Source: Shigella phage Sf18
Sequence record: MF158044
Strand: one strand, 5' to 3'
DNA length: 64,000 nt
The number at the start of each line of letters is the position of its first letter. The first letter of the stretch is position 1. The translations under genes were made by a program, and so were the position numbers. This document shows, in pieces, positions 29,350-38,585 of the stretch. The notes under the pieces were generated by a model, which was not told the DNA's origin, searched no databases, and worked only from the letters and a program-made list of their open reading frames with translations.

Positions 29350-29591
29350 TGACTTATGTAATTTACTCAAAAGATGGATGCCCACAGTGTGTGACTGCTA
29401 AGAACTTTGCTCAGGCTCGTGGCTTAGACCATGTTGTAAGAATGCTTGGGAAAGATTATGAGCTAAGTGACCTGATGGATATTGCAAAGATACCTGTTCG
29501 TCAGATGCCTTTCATTATGAAGGTTGAAGACAATGAAATGAAACCTGTTGGAACACTACAGAACTTTATGGCAGAGGTGAATAATGCTTAA
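29349..29591 (+). CDS. nrdH: glutaredoxin-like protein (NrdH-type)
   Basis: 80 aa; CPQC redox motif in SKDGCPQCV; directly downstream of nrdB. Confidence 0.6.
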   Translation: MTYVIYSKDGCPQCVTAKNFAQARGLDHVVRMLGKDYELSDLMDIAKIPVRQMPFIMKVEDNEMKPVGTLQNFMAEVNNA

Positions 29592-29784
29592 ACGTTTATG
29601 GGATGGTTTTGTTGAAGATGCTCCGATGATTGCTCTGGCATTCATGGTTACTAGCCTGTTTACTGATTTAAAACAAGGTGCTCTATTTGGAGCTATGCTA
29701 GTATGGGTTATCTTTGAGATATTAGATATCAAACATGATTTGAGTGGAAAGCTTAAAAAGCTTATTGAAAAGTTTTCTAAGTAG
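29584..29784 (+). CDS. small membrane protein
   Basis: 66 aa with hydrophobic core (MIALAFMVTSLF...AMLVWVIF). Confidence 0.3.
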   Translation: MLKRLWDGFVEDAPMIALAFMVTSLFTDLKQGALFGAMLVWVIFEILDIKHDLSGKLKKLIEKFSK

Positions 29785-29795
29785 AATTAATATAA

Positions 29796-29818
29796 GGGTC
29801 TCTTCGGAGACCTTTTTT
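29796..29818 (+). terminator. intrinsic terminator
   Basis: GGTCTC-TTCG-GAGACC hairpin followed by TTTTTT; same stem as terminator at 25671. Confidence 0.55.
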
Positions 29819-29833
29819 GCATTAGGAGTCAGA

Positions 29834-31978
29834 ATGGTTAAAGTACAAATTATTAAGAAAGACGGTTCACTGGAAAACCCAAATGTAAATAAAATCGTCG
29901 AAGCAGTTACCAAGTCAGCTAATAGAGTTGGCTACAAAGAGTTACCACTAGAAGTTATCCATGCTCTTGAATCAGCCTTTATGAGACTGCTTGTCAGAGC
30001 AACTAATCAGAATGCTATGCTCATCTCTGTAGATGATGTTCACAGTATTGTGGAAGGAACTCTGGCAGAGGTAAACCATGAAATCTATGAGTCATATTCA
30101 ACCTACAGAAACTATCGTAAAGAGGTTGCACAGAATTGGGATGAACTTTACCAGAAAACTAAAGACACACTCTTCTTAGGTGACCGTGAGAATGCTAACT
30201 TTGATAGTAGCTTAATCTCTACAAAAGGTTCAATCATCCGTGGGTATCTGACAAAAGAAATCTTTAAGCAGTATCACTTGACACCAGAAGAAGCAAGTGC
30301 TATTGAAGATGGTTTCATTTATATCCATGACTTAAGAGATTTAATCTTCGGTGGTATTAACTGTTGCTTGTTTGACATTGGAAGCGTCTTGAAAGGTGGT
30401 TTTGAAATGTCCGGCATTGAATACTGCGAACCAAAGTCTGTACTTTCAGCTTTACAGGTTATTGGTGACGTTGTACTCTCAGCAACTGCACAGCAATTTG
30501 GTGGATTTACTATCCCAGAGATTGACAAGGTTCTTGTGCCATATGCTAAGAAGTCTTTTGAGTATCATCTGGAGAAAGCAAAGCAGTATAATATCACAGG
30601 GAGAGGTGGTGCATACCACTATGCTAAAGAGCAACTCCAGATTGAACTGACCCAAGGTTTCCAATCTCTGGAAATGAAGCTAAACACTGTCCCTTGCAGC
30701 CGTGGTGACTTTGCATTTACAACATTAACATTTGGTTTACTTGAACCAGATATGGCTAGTGAAGACAACCGATTGCAATTTATGATTGCGAAGACTATTC
30801 TTGATGTGAGAATGAATGGTCAAGGTAAGTCTAAGAAGCCTGTTGTATTCCCTAAACTGGTTTACATTTATGATGAGACAAGACATATGCTAGACCCTTG
30901 GCAGGGAACTCTTTATGACAAAGCTATTGAGTGCTGTTCTAAAGCTATGTACCCAGACTTCTTAAGTGTTTCTGGTCATGGTTCTGTTGCAGAAGCTTTT
31001 GAGCGTTCAGGTGCAGTCATCTCTCCAATGGGTTGCAGAGCTTTCTTATCACCATATTATGATGAAGATGGTAAAGAGTTCTACACAGGGCGAGCAAACA
31101 TTGGTGCAGTATCTCTTAATCTGCCAATGATTTACAAGTATTCTGAAGAGAATTGTTTAGACTTCTGGACAGAACTTGACAAGTATCTTGAGATGATTAG
31201 AAGCTTCCATAAAAAACGTTATGAGATGATTGCTAATATGCCAGCAAGCTCTAACCCTCTAGCATTCACACAAGGTGGTTTGTATAAAGGTCATAAGAAG
31301 CCAACTGACAAGATTGGTTGGGATACTGTGAAATCTTTTACAGCCTCTTTTGGTGTCACTGCATTGGATGAGTTAACAGTACTTGCACAAGGTAAAAGAT
31401 TACATGAGTCAGACGGTGATATTGCAAGTAAGGTTTTAAACTACCTGAATGGCAAACTGGAGCAGTTTAAACAGGAAGATGGTTTCTTGTATGCCCTCTA
31501 TGGTACACCTGCTGAGAGCCTTTGTGGTACGCAATTGAAGCAGTTTAGAAACATGTTTGGAGTTGTTAAAGGTGTATCTGATAAAGAATACTTTACAAAC
31601 AGCTTCCACATGAATGTTGGTGCAGATATTACACCATTTGAAAAGCAAGACTTAGAAGAACCTTTCTTCCATGCTTGTAATGGTGGTCATATCCAGTACG
31701 TTCGTATTGCTAATCCAGAGAATCATAAAGCTATTAGGGCTTGTGTGACAAGAGGTATGGGTAAAGGTTTCTATCAAGGTGTTAACTTTGACTTGGCAAT
31801 CTGTGAGAATTGTGGTCACCGTCCAAGTGCAGATGTTGAATTGTGTCCTAAGTGCAACTCACACGATATCTCTGTGATTAACCGTGTTTGTGGTTATCTT
31901 GGCTGGACTAAGATTAAAGGTACTTCCAGAATGAATGATGCAAAAATTGCTGAAATTCAGGATAGAAAATCTATGTAA
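29834..31978 (+). CDS. nrdD: anaerobic ribonucleoside-triphosphate reductase (class III)
   Basis: Start at Met with GGAG SD (MVKVQIIKKDG); C-terminal Cys4 cluster (CENCGH...CPKCN) and glycyl-radical motif RVCGYLG. Confidence 0.9.
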   Translation: MVKVQIIKKDGSLENPNVNKIVEAVTKSANRVGYKELPLEVIHALESAFMRLLVRATNQNAMLISVDDVHSIVEGTLAEVNHEIYESYSTYRNYRKEVAQNWDELYQKTKDTLFLGDRENANFDSSLISTKGSIIRGYLTKEIFKQYHLTPEEASAIEDGFIYIHDLRDLIFGGINCCLFDIGSVLKGGFEMSGIEYCEPKSVLSALQVIGDVVLSATAQQFGGFTIPEIDKVLVPYAKKSFEYHLEKAKQYNITGRGGAYHYAKEQLQIELTQGFQSLEMKLNTVPCSRGDFAFTTLTFGLLEPDMASEDNRLQFMIAKTILDVRMNGQGKSKKPVVFPKLVYIYDETRHMLDPWQGTLYDKAIECCSKAMYPDFLSVSGHGSVAEAFERSGAVISPMGCRAFLSPYYDEDGKEFYTGRANIGAVSLNLPMIYKYSEENCLDFWTELDKYLEMIRSFHKKRYEMIANMPASSNPLAFTQGGLYKGHKKPTDKIGWDTVKSFTASFGVTALDELTVLAQGKRLHESDGDIASKVLNYLNGKLEQFKQEDGFLYALYGTPAESLCGTQLKQFRNMFGVVKGVSDKEYFTNSFHMNVGADITPFEKQDLEEPFFHACNGGHIQYVRIANPENHKAIRACVTRGMGKGFYQGVNFDLAICENCGHRPSADVELCPKCNSHDISVINRVCGYLGWTKIKGTSRMNDAKIAEIQDRKSM

Positions 31979-32047
31979 GTAGTTGACAAGGTGGTGTAGG
32001 TCTTGATAGGCTTACATCACCTTTTTTATTGAGTATGGAATTAACGT

Positions 32048-32305
32048 ATGAGCTATGATTTTTGGCCTAAATTTTGGTTATGGTTTCTTGGGATTGCATT
32101 AGTAATTCTGATAGGTTTTGCTGTGTATGACAGTTACCACACTAAGCTTTGGATGACTGCAAACCATTGTCAGCAAACGTCACAGAGTAGAAATTACCTA
32201 TACTATATGACAGTCATATCAGGCAACACTACAATCATCGTCCCACAAATCGGGACAGAGTACCTGTATGTTTGTGATAACAACCAAACAATATGGTGGT
32301 ATTGA
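32048..32305 (+). CDS. small membrane protein
   Basis: 85 aa; N-terminal TM segment (FWLWFLGIALVILIGFAVY); weak SD. Confidence 0.3.
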   Translation: MSYDFWPKFWLWFLGIALVILIGFAVYDSYHTKLWMTANHCQQTSQSRNYLYYMTVISGNTTIIVPQIGTEYLYVCDNNQTIWWY

Positions 32306-32401
32306 TGATGATTAAGACATTCTTGTTAGTCACCTTAGTAGGCTCTGTCTTACTAGGTTTCTTGTTAGGGCTTTTATACAACACATTGAAAGGAAAGAGA
32401 A

Positions 32402-32794
32402 ATGACTAAATTAAATAAAAATCAAATGAACTGGCTTAAAGACTATGCTTTAGAGTGTGGCTCTTGTGAGAAAACTCACAGAAAATACTCAGAGTTTTAC
32501 ATAGCATGTACCCTTTTAATAACTGATTCTGTTATTGATGATGCAAAGGATGATGACATTGAACTCCCTGCGGAGTTGAGTGATAAAGTCTTAGTAGTAA
32601 CTGGAACATGGTCAGATTCATATGGTACAGAGATTGGTGACCTGTCATTCTACAGCATTGAACAAACAATGAATCCTAAGTACGTTGCTTTGATGACTCG
32701 TGCTCAGGAAGATGAACTGCTTCAGGAATTTATTAAAGAGCATTGTGAAGAGTACGTCACAAAACATGTAAGTTTTGAAGTTGAGGTGTGCTAA
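32402..32794 (+). CDS. hypothetical acidic protein
   Basis: 130 aa, SD AGGAAAGAG; stop overlaps nrdG start (TAATG). Confidence 0.4.
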   Translation: MTKLNKNQMNWLKDYALECGSCEKTHRKYSEFYIACTLLITDSVIDDAKDDDIELPAELSDKVLVVTGTWSDSYGTEIGDLSFYSIEQTMNPKYVALMTRAQEDELLQEFIKEHCEEYVTKHVSFEVEVC

Positions 32795-33279
32795 TGAACT
32801 ACATGGAAATACGAAAATTCGATACAGCAAACGGGGAAGGTGCTCGTGTCAGTCTTTTTGTAGCTGGCTGCAAGCATCACTGTGAAGGTTGTTTTAACAA
32901 GGAATCTTGGAAGTTTAATGCTGGTAAAGAGTTTACTTATGCAAACCTTTATGGCATTATGCAGATAATGAATGATGATGGAATCAGTGGTCTATCTATC
33001 CTTGGTGGAGAGCCACTTGATGATAGGAATGTTCAGACAGTAACAAATATCTGTAAGCGGATTAAAACCGTATACCCAGACAAATCTATATGGTTATGGA
33101 CAGGTTACCAGCTACATGAAAAAATTAACTTAGAAGTGATGAAATATGTTGACGTGGTAATAGATGGCAAGTATGATGCTTCTAAACCAACACACAAACC
33201 ATATCGTGGGTCTGACAATCAAATACTTTGGAGAAAAGAATATGGCTGGCAAGGCGACTGTCAATGGAGAGCAGAATAG
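32794..33279 (+). CDS. nrdG: anaerobic RNR activating protein (radical SAM)
   Basis: Start at ATG after GAGGTG SD (MNYMEIRKFD, like E. coli NrdG MNYHQY); Cys cluster CKHHCEGC. Confidence 0.85.
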   Translation: MNYMEIRKFDTANGEGARVSLFVAGCKHHCEGCFNKESWKFNAGKEFTYANLYGIMQIMNDDGISGLSILGGEPLDDRNVQTVTNICKRIKTVYPDKSIWLWTGYQLHEKINLEVMKYVDVVIDGKYDASKPTHKPYRGSDNQILWRKEYGWQGDCQWRAE

Positions 33280-33304
33280 AGCGGGTTTTCGAAGAGGTGA
33301 GATT

Positions 33305-33562
33305 ATGACCATCTCTTGCAATAGCTCACTGTTTGGAGAGTATAAGGTTAACCCTAACACTCTTGAAGATTGGCAGAAGTACACAAAGAGTCTTTTTGAT
33401 ACAACTGGATTAGACGCTTTAAAAAAGCTTGCAGAAGTTGAAGTTTTCAGAGTAAAATATAAGTCACACATGTCAAACTTCTACGCAACAAATATTGTTG
33501 AAGATGACAAAGTGGTTTCCGTAACAGAAGAAGAACTGAAGCAGTTCTGTATTAAACTTTAA
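33305..33562 (+). CDS. hypothetical protein
   Basis: Start at Met with GAGGTGA SD; an alternative start at 33242 (MAGKAT) also has a GGAG SD. Confidence 0.3.
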   Translation: MTISCNSSLFGEYKVNPNTLEDWQKYTKSLFDTTGLDALKKLAEVEVFRVKYKSHMSNFYATNIVEDDKVVSVTEEELKQFCIKL

Positions 33563-33579
33563 TAGAGAGAGATATTAAA

Positions 33580-33843
33580 ATGGGAATTTTTTCAAACATG
33601 AAAGCAGGTTTCTTAGCAGCTCTGGCAAAAGCAGCAGCTATCGTTTCAATGACTGGTAAGCAGGTTGGAGTAGACGCTTCAGCAGTTGCACAGGTTCTTG
33701 CAAGCCAGATTGAACAGCAACCTTACATCCATGTTGGACGTGGTAAAGGTGGTAAGAAGCAAGCTCATCGCCAAACTGGTGCAGCAGCAATTAAACGTGC
33801 AGCTAAAAAAGCTCGCAACCGCAACCGTAAACGTAGCAAGTAA
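33580..33843 (+). CDS. small basic protein
   Basis: 87 aa; Ala-rich N-terminus, Lys/Arg-rich C-terminus (KRAAKKARNRNRKRSK) suggests nucleic-acid binding. Confidence 0.4.
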   Translation: MGIFSNMKAGFLAALAKAAAIVSMTGKQVGVDASAVAQVLASQIEQQPYIHVGRGKGGKKQAHRQTGAAAIKRAAKKARNRNRKRSK

Positions 33844-33854
33844 GGATTATTAAA

Positions 33855-34166
33855 ATGGAAAAGATTTATAACACTCGTAAAATTCAGATTTCTATCCTGT
33901 GCCAGTTTATGGCTGATAAACACAACTCCCACTATTGTGGTACAGGTTTCCTTACTCTAGGTGGTGGCTACATTAGCTTCAAAGAAGCTGTGAAGATATA
34001 TAATGAGCACCCTGAAGATGATAAAGAGTTAAAACAACTGAAGCTTACTTATGACAAGAAGCGTAAGAAAATCATTTGTTTAAACAACCTTATCAAGCCA
34101 ACTGAAAACGTTTATGATGCAATTGGTGAAGAAGGTTTCTTAAAAGTCTTGAAAATAGCTCAGTAA
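33855..34166 (+). CDS. hypothetical protein
   Basis: 103-aa ORF with SD AAGGA. Confidence 0.4.
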   Translation: MEKIYNTRKIQISILCQFMADKHNSHYCGTGFLTLGGGYISFKEAVKIYNEHPEDDKELKQLKLTYDKKRKKIICLNNLIKPTENVYDAIGEEGFLKVLKIAQ

Positions 34167-34218
34167 ACGTATATGATTAGGGAACTGTAAAAGGTTCCCT
34201 TTTTATTTTGGAGAAATC

Positions 34219-34734
34219 ATGTACCATTCAAATCTGAAACGTGCTGCTGCAATGTCTGTTCTTCGTCTTGATTTTGATGAGCGTCAAGAGTTCATCGAGT
34301 CACATCAGTATGACCCCTCAAATTCTAATCACATGGTGCTTTGGAACCGTGGTAAGTTCCGTGATAGTGCCTTGTTCCAGTACTACCCTCATTACACTAT
34401 TGACAACCTCTATGAATACTGCGTTGTCAAGAACACTATTGCAACCCTTAATAAGCTTTGTAGATATTCTGGAAAGAAAGCTTTCACATTAGGCCACCAT
34501 AAGCCCGTGACAAAAGGTGGAGAGCACCATTGCTCTAACTGGTTTATCCAGACTCAAGAGGATAACCAGAAGCAGGGAGAGAAGCTTCCAGAAGCCCCTA
34601 AGATGACTTGGGAAGAACAGAAAGCATATCTTAAAAATAATATGCCACCAATGCTTGACAGAGAATACGCATTTCTGGCAATATCACTCTTGTTGAAGCT
34701 TGAGACAGTTTATGAGGCAACTTATCATGGCTAG
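34219..34734 (+). CDS. HNH endonuclease
   Basis: 171 aa; HNH signature GHHKPVTKGGEHHCSNWFIQTQEDNQKQ (HH...GG...N...N..K). Confidence 0.55.
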   Translation: MYHSNLKRAAAMSVLRLDFDERQEFIESHQYDPSNSNHMVLWNRGKFRDSALFQYYPHYTIDNLYEYCVVKNTIATLNKLCRYSGKKAFTLGHHKPVTKGGEHHCSNWFIQTQEDNQKQGEKLPEAPKMTWEEQKAYLKNNMPPMLDREYAFLAISLLLKLETVYEATYHG

Positions 34735-35005
34735 AGAACAATGGGATATCAAAGAGCTTATTAGCGAAGCTGGAAATGGTAGTGAGATGTATATGATACG
34801 TGGTCACGTCCCAGATGCACTTGCTATTGAGATGATAGACCACTACTCCAACGGATTCTATAAAGAGTTTGGAGAGCCAAATATTGAACGTACTTGGACA
34901 AAACCAGTACCAGACGGAACAGGAAACTGTTCAGTTATCTACCACATTGTAGACCCAAAGAAATGTAAATCAGCTATGGCTGTAACATTTGTAACTTTTG
35001 ACTGA
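34727..35005 (+). CDS. hypothetical protein
   Basis: Start moved to Met (MAREQW) with GAGGC SD. Confidence 0.3.
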   Translation: MAREQWDIKELISEAGNGSEMYMIRGHVPDALAIEMIDHYSNGFYKEFGEPNIERTWTKPVPDGTGNCSVIYHIVDPKKCKSAMAVTFVTFD

Positions 35006-35017
35006 GAGAGAGATATT

Positions 35018-35899
35018 ATGAAAACTACTATTCGAGTTCTACTTAATTCAAATTCCAAAGGTTCTCATCAAGAGACCTTCAACATTATCCAGTTCCCTTC
35101 TGGGGAGATTGGTGGTAACTTCTCAGAAGACTTAGTAGACTTTGCTGAACATGCTGCTGGTAAGATTGAAAACGTAATATTCACTGTACAAGGTTATGAC
35201 AAAGACACACTCTTTGCATTGGCTATGGCTAAAGAGGCTATTGACCGTTTGATTCCTCAGAAAGCAACCATGAAAACTGTTCTTTTTGGATTCTTACCAA
35301 ATGCTCGCTATGACCGTCACATGTTTAAAGGCGATTCAGCAGCACTTAAAGTCTTTGCAAATCTTGTAAATGCTATGGGGTTTGATGCAGTATGTGCTCT
35401 GGATACTCACAGTAATGTAGCAGAGAACTTGTTTAAGTGCTTCTACAACATCCCTCAAAAAGAGGCAGCAGTCCACTTTGCAAGTGACCCACGCATTGAT
35501 TACTTAGTGGCTCCAGATGCAGGTGCAGCTAAGAAGACTGAAGAGGCTGCTAAAGAGGTTGAGAAACCTTATATCACAATGGCAAAGGTACGAAACCTGA
35601 AAACTGGTGAAATCACTGGTATGCGAATCCTTGATGATGTAGACTTAACAGGTAAGACTGTTATGATTCTGGATGATATCTGTGATGGTGGTCGAACCTT
35701 TATCGAGGCTGCAAAGTATCTTCGTGAAGCTGGAGCAGAACGTGTAGAGCTTTATGTTACTCATGGGATTTTCTCTAAAGGTGTTGAAAATCTTCTTGAC
35801 AATGGCATCGACCATATCTACACTACAGACTCACTAGGGGATGAAAAAGACCGTGGTCTTTCCCACTTCTCACAAGTGACAGTAGCAAATATTGAATAA
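35018..35899 (+). CDS. ribose-phosphate pyrophosphokinase-like protein (Prs family; candidate ADPR-pyrophosphokinase)
   Basis: 293 aa; two PRTase-type lobes with phosphoribosyl-binding loop (VMILDDICDGGRT); directly upstream of NadV-like gene. Confidence 0.75.
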   Translation: MKTTIRVLLNSNSKGSHQETFNIIQFPSGEIGGNFSEDLVDFAEHAAGKIENVIFTVQGYDKDTLFALAMAKEAIDRLIPQKATMKTVLFGFLPNARYDRHMFKGDSAALKVFANLVNAMGFDAVCALDTHSNVAENLFKCFYNIPQKEAAVHFASDPRIDYLVAPDAGAAKKTEEAAKEVEKPYITMAKVRNLKTGEITGMRILDDVDLTGKTVMILDDICDGGRTFIEAAKYLREAGAERVELYVTHGIFSKGVENLLDNGIDHIYTTDSLGDEKDRGLSHFSQVTVANIE

Positions 35900-35943
35900 C
35901 AACTTTAGGGGCTGAAAAGCCCCACTTTGAGAGAGATAAAAAG

Positions 35944-37761
35944 ATGACTAAATCAATCTATGCAGTACCAGCAGGTCTTAATGCAGATGCTTATAAAGCG
36001 GGTCATATCTATCAGTATCCAGATGCTACACAGTATCTTATGTTGAACTTAACACCTCGTGGAGATAAATGGTTTAACTCTCCGTTAGAGATTGATGGTG
36101 TTGTAGCTTTTGGTATTCAGCGTTTTGTAAAAGACTATCTGGTAGACCACTGGAATGCAACGTTCTTTGAACGTGATAAGAAAGAAGCCATTGACGAAAT
36201 CTTGGAAATCATGAATGGTGTCCTTGGTGCAGATGCTATTGGTCGTCAACATTGGGAAGAACTTCATGACTTGGGTTACCTGCCTGTTGAAGTCTACTCT
36301 GTAGAGGAAGGTACAATTGTCCCTATGCGTGTCCCGATGATTGTCTTCAAAAACACTGTAGAAGGATTCCATTGGGTAGCTGGTTATCTTGAAGATGCTT
36401 TCTCTGCTGAAATCTGGAAGGCTTGTACGATTGCAACTATTGCACTGCATTACAAACGTATCTGTAAGCAATGGGCTGATAAGACCTGTGACAATGACTT
36501 CCATTTACCTTGGCAGTGTCATGACTTTGCAATGCGTGGTATGTCTGGCTTCACAGATGATGCGTTTAACGCAGTAGGTCACCTGACAAGTTTTAAAGGT
36601 ACTGACAGCTTCCCTGCTGTATATACAGCTAAACGTGCATATGGTCAGTTTATGAATGTAGGTGAGATTGGTAACTCTGTCCCAGCTACTGAGCACTCTG
36701 TGATGTGTGCAAACATCTCATGGAACAGTCTTAACAAAGAGGTAAGTGATTGGCATCTATCGCATTCTGACAACTTACTTGATGCAATGCGTTGGCGTGG
36801 TGAGGTAGAAACTTTCCATCGCCTTCTGACAGAAGTTTACCCAACTGGTATTGCAAGTGCCGTATCAGATACTTACAACTTCTGGCGTACTGTTACACAG
36901 ATTCTGCCAGAGCTACGTAATGTAATTCTGAATCGTGATGGTAAGTTGGTAATTCGTCCAGACTCTGGAGACCCTGTTCACATTGTTACAGGTTACAAAG
37001 CCATTGAATGGGAAACTGCTAAGTCAATGTTCTATAAGCACATGAAAGAGCTTGCACCGAACAATACACATCTGCATGACACAATCTTGAATTGTGAAAT
37101 GTCTGATATTGGCTTTGGGTTCTCTGCTTGGCTAATCTCTGAAGGTTATGAGATGGTTGTTGATAAAGAAGATTTTGAATCTGCTGATACAATCAACCTT
37201 ATTACTGCTCAGAAGACTGGACAGTTTACTGTGAAGCGTATGCTGACAGCAGAAATTGACGGAGCTATCCACACGCTGTATAACATCTTTGGTGGCACTG
37301 TTAACTCCAAAGGGTACAAAGTACTGGATGAGCACATTGGGCTAATCTACGGTGATTCTATCACTCTGGAAAGGGCTAATGATATTCTGTCACGTCTTGC
37401 TGATAAAGGTTTTGCAAGTTCTAACGTAGTGTTTGGTGTAGGTTCATACACCTATCAGTACCTGACTCGTGACACCTTTGCATTTGCTGTTAAAGCAACT
37501 CTTGCACAGATGGATGGTCAAGAAATTATGCTGGCTAAAGACCCTAAAACTGACAGCGGTCTTAAGAAGTCTGCTTTTGGTGGAGTTGTCCCTATGTGGG
37601 ATGGTGACAAGCTGGTAGCTGTAGATGGTTTTGGCTTTGCAGAGTTTGAAGGTGCAATTGACAATTGTCATAGTGCTTTGAAACTGGTATTTAGCAACTC
37701 GCAACCTTATGGTTACGTTAACCTGCGTGATGTTCGAAATACTATTGACAAGCAACTTTAA
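35944..37761 (+). CDS. nadV: nicotinamide phosphoribosyltransferase family protein (NadV/Nampt-like)
   Basis: 605 aa; Nampt-like N-terminus (AVPAGLNADAYKAGHIYQYP) and conserved core (GDSI, VFGVGSY blocks). Confidence 0.8.
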   Translation: MTKSIYAVPAGLNADAYKAGHIYQYPDATQYLMLNLTPRGDKWFNSPLEIDGVVAFGIQRFVKDYLVDHWNATFFERDKKEAIDEILEIMNGVLGADAIGRQHWEELHDLGYLPVEVYSVEEGTIVPMRVPMIVFKNTVEGFHWVAGYLEDAFSAEIWKACTIATIALHYKRICKQWADKTCDNDFHLPWQCHDFAMRGMSGFTDDAFNAVGHLTSFKGTDSFPAVYTAKRAYGQFMNVGEIGNSVPATEHSVMCANISWNSLNKEVSDWHLSHSDNLLDAMRWRGEVETFHRLLTEVYPTGIASAVSDTYNFWRTVTQILPELRNVILNRDGKLVIRPDSGDPVHIVTGYKAIEWETAKSMFYKHMKELAPNNTHLHDTILNCEMSDIGFGFSAWLISEGYEMVVDKEDFESADTINLITAQKTGQFTVKRMLTAEIDGAIHTLYNIFGGTVNSKGYKVLDEHIGLIYGDSITLERANDILSRLADKGFASSNVVFGVGSYTYQYLTRDTFAFAVKATLAQMDGQEIMLAKDPKTDSGLKKSAFGGVVPMWDGDKLVAVDGFGFAEFEGAIDNCHSALKLVFSNSQPYGYVNLRDVRNTIDKQL

Positions 37762-37775
37762 AACAGTATGATAAG

Positions 37776-37798
37776 AGGCTCCTACGGGAGCCTTTTTA
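37776..37798 (+). terminator. intrinsic terminator
   Basis: AGGCTCC-TACG-GGAGCCT hairpin followed by TTTTT. Confidence 0.55.
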
Positions 37799-37814
37799 AT
37801 TTGTGGAGAAGAGT

Positions 37815-38030
37815 ATGAGATTTAACACGGATTTATTTTATACAGATAGCACTGGATTCTTTGGGGGATATTGTGTAGCATCTTGGCAGCTATGGTTCTC
37901 AGAAGAGTACAGAGGTGATATGCAGGTTTTTGTAGAAGATTATAAGTTTCCTGCAAAACCTACTAAACGCCAGATTAGAAAGCTTCGCAGAGAGTTTCGT
38001 AAAACTTGCAAAAGGATTAACAAACTATGA
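37815..38030 (+). CDS. hypothetical protein
   Basis: Start at ATG after GGAGAAGAG SD (track begins at upstream GTG). Confidence 0.35.
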   Translation: MRFNTDLFYTDSTGFFGGYCVASWQLWFSEEYRGDMQVFVEDYKFPAKPTKRQIRKLRREFRKTCKRINKL

Positions 38031-38362
38031 AAATTAAACAGATGAATGTTAATTTAATCATTGAAGAACGTTGGGAAAACATCAAGCGCCCTGAAGATGG
38101 CCATAAGTTTATCAATGAACTGTTTCAAGCAGCACAATCAGAGTTAGCTTCTGAGATTTATACAACGGTTACTTTGAAGGTCTATATCAAAGGTCTTCCA
38201 CAGAACCATCAAGAAGCTCTTGATTTGTTTCAAGAAAGGTTTTACAATCCAAACAAAAAGATACTTGAGAATAGTTTTGCAGTATCTTCGAGTATTGTTC
38301 ATGACAGGAGTTTTGTCCTATTCAGAACTATAGGAGATAAGGTATGCAAGGTTATTGGTTAG
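38027..38362 (+). CDS. hypothetical protein
   Basis: 111-aa ORF, ATGA-coupled. Confidence 0.35.
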   Translation: MKIKQMNVNLIIEERWENIKRPEDGHKFINELFQAAQSELASEIYTTVTLKVYIKGLPQNHQEALDLFQERFYNPNKKILENSFAVSSSIVHDRSFVLFRTIGDKVCKVIG

Positions 38363-38523
38363 AAATTGTTCTTTCACTCGGTTGTATAGTTGCTATTGCA
38401 GTGTTACTATGCAAGTACTTCTCAGAGACTGAACCTTGTGATGAGTGTGAAGGTTCTGGGGTAGTTGGTATAGGGCATTGTTGCCCTTACTGTAATGGAA
38501 CTGGAAAGAAATTTAAAAAGTAA
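38344..38523 (+). CDS. small membrane protein with DnaJ-type zinc-finger motif (below track cut-off)
   Basis: 59-aa ORF found by eye; TM helix (LEIVLSLGCIVAIAVLL) then CDECEGSG...CCPYCNGTG; SD GGAGATAAGG. Confidence 0.3.
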   Translation: MQGYWLEIVLSLGCIVAIAVLLCKYFSETEPCDECEGSGVVGIGHCCPYCNGTGKKFKK

Positions 38524-38585
38524 CTTGACAGTGGCATCTATAAAATTATATAGTTTGCCACATCGACAACTAAGGAGATATTCTT

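Noticed and set aside
33580-33843. Histone-like or internal-head-protein assignment for the basic 87-aa protein
   Set aside because: Only compositional evidence (Ala-rich N-terminus, Lys/Arg C-terminus); no specific motif, so left as small basic protein.
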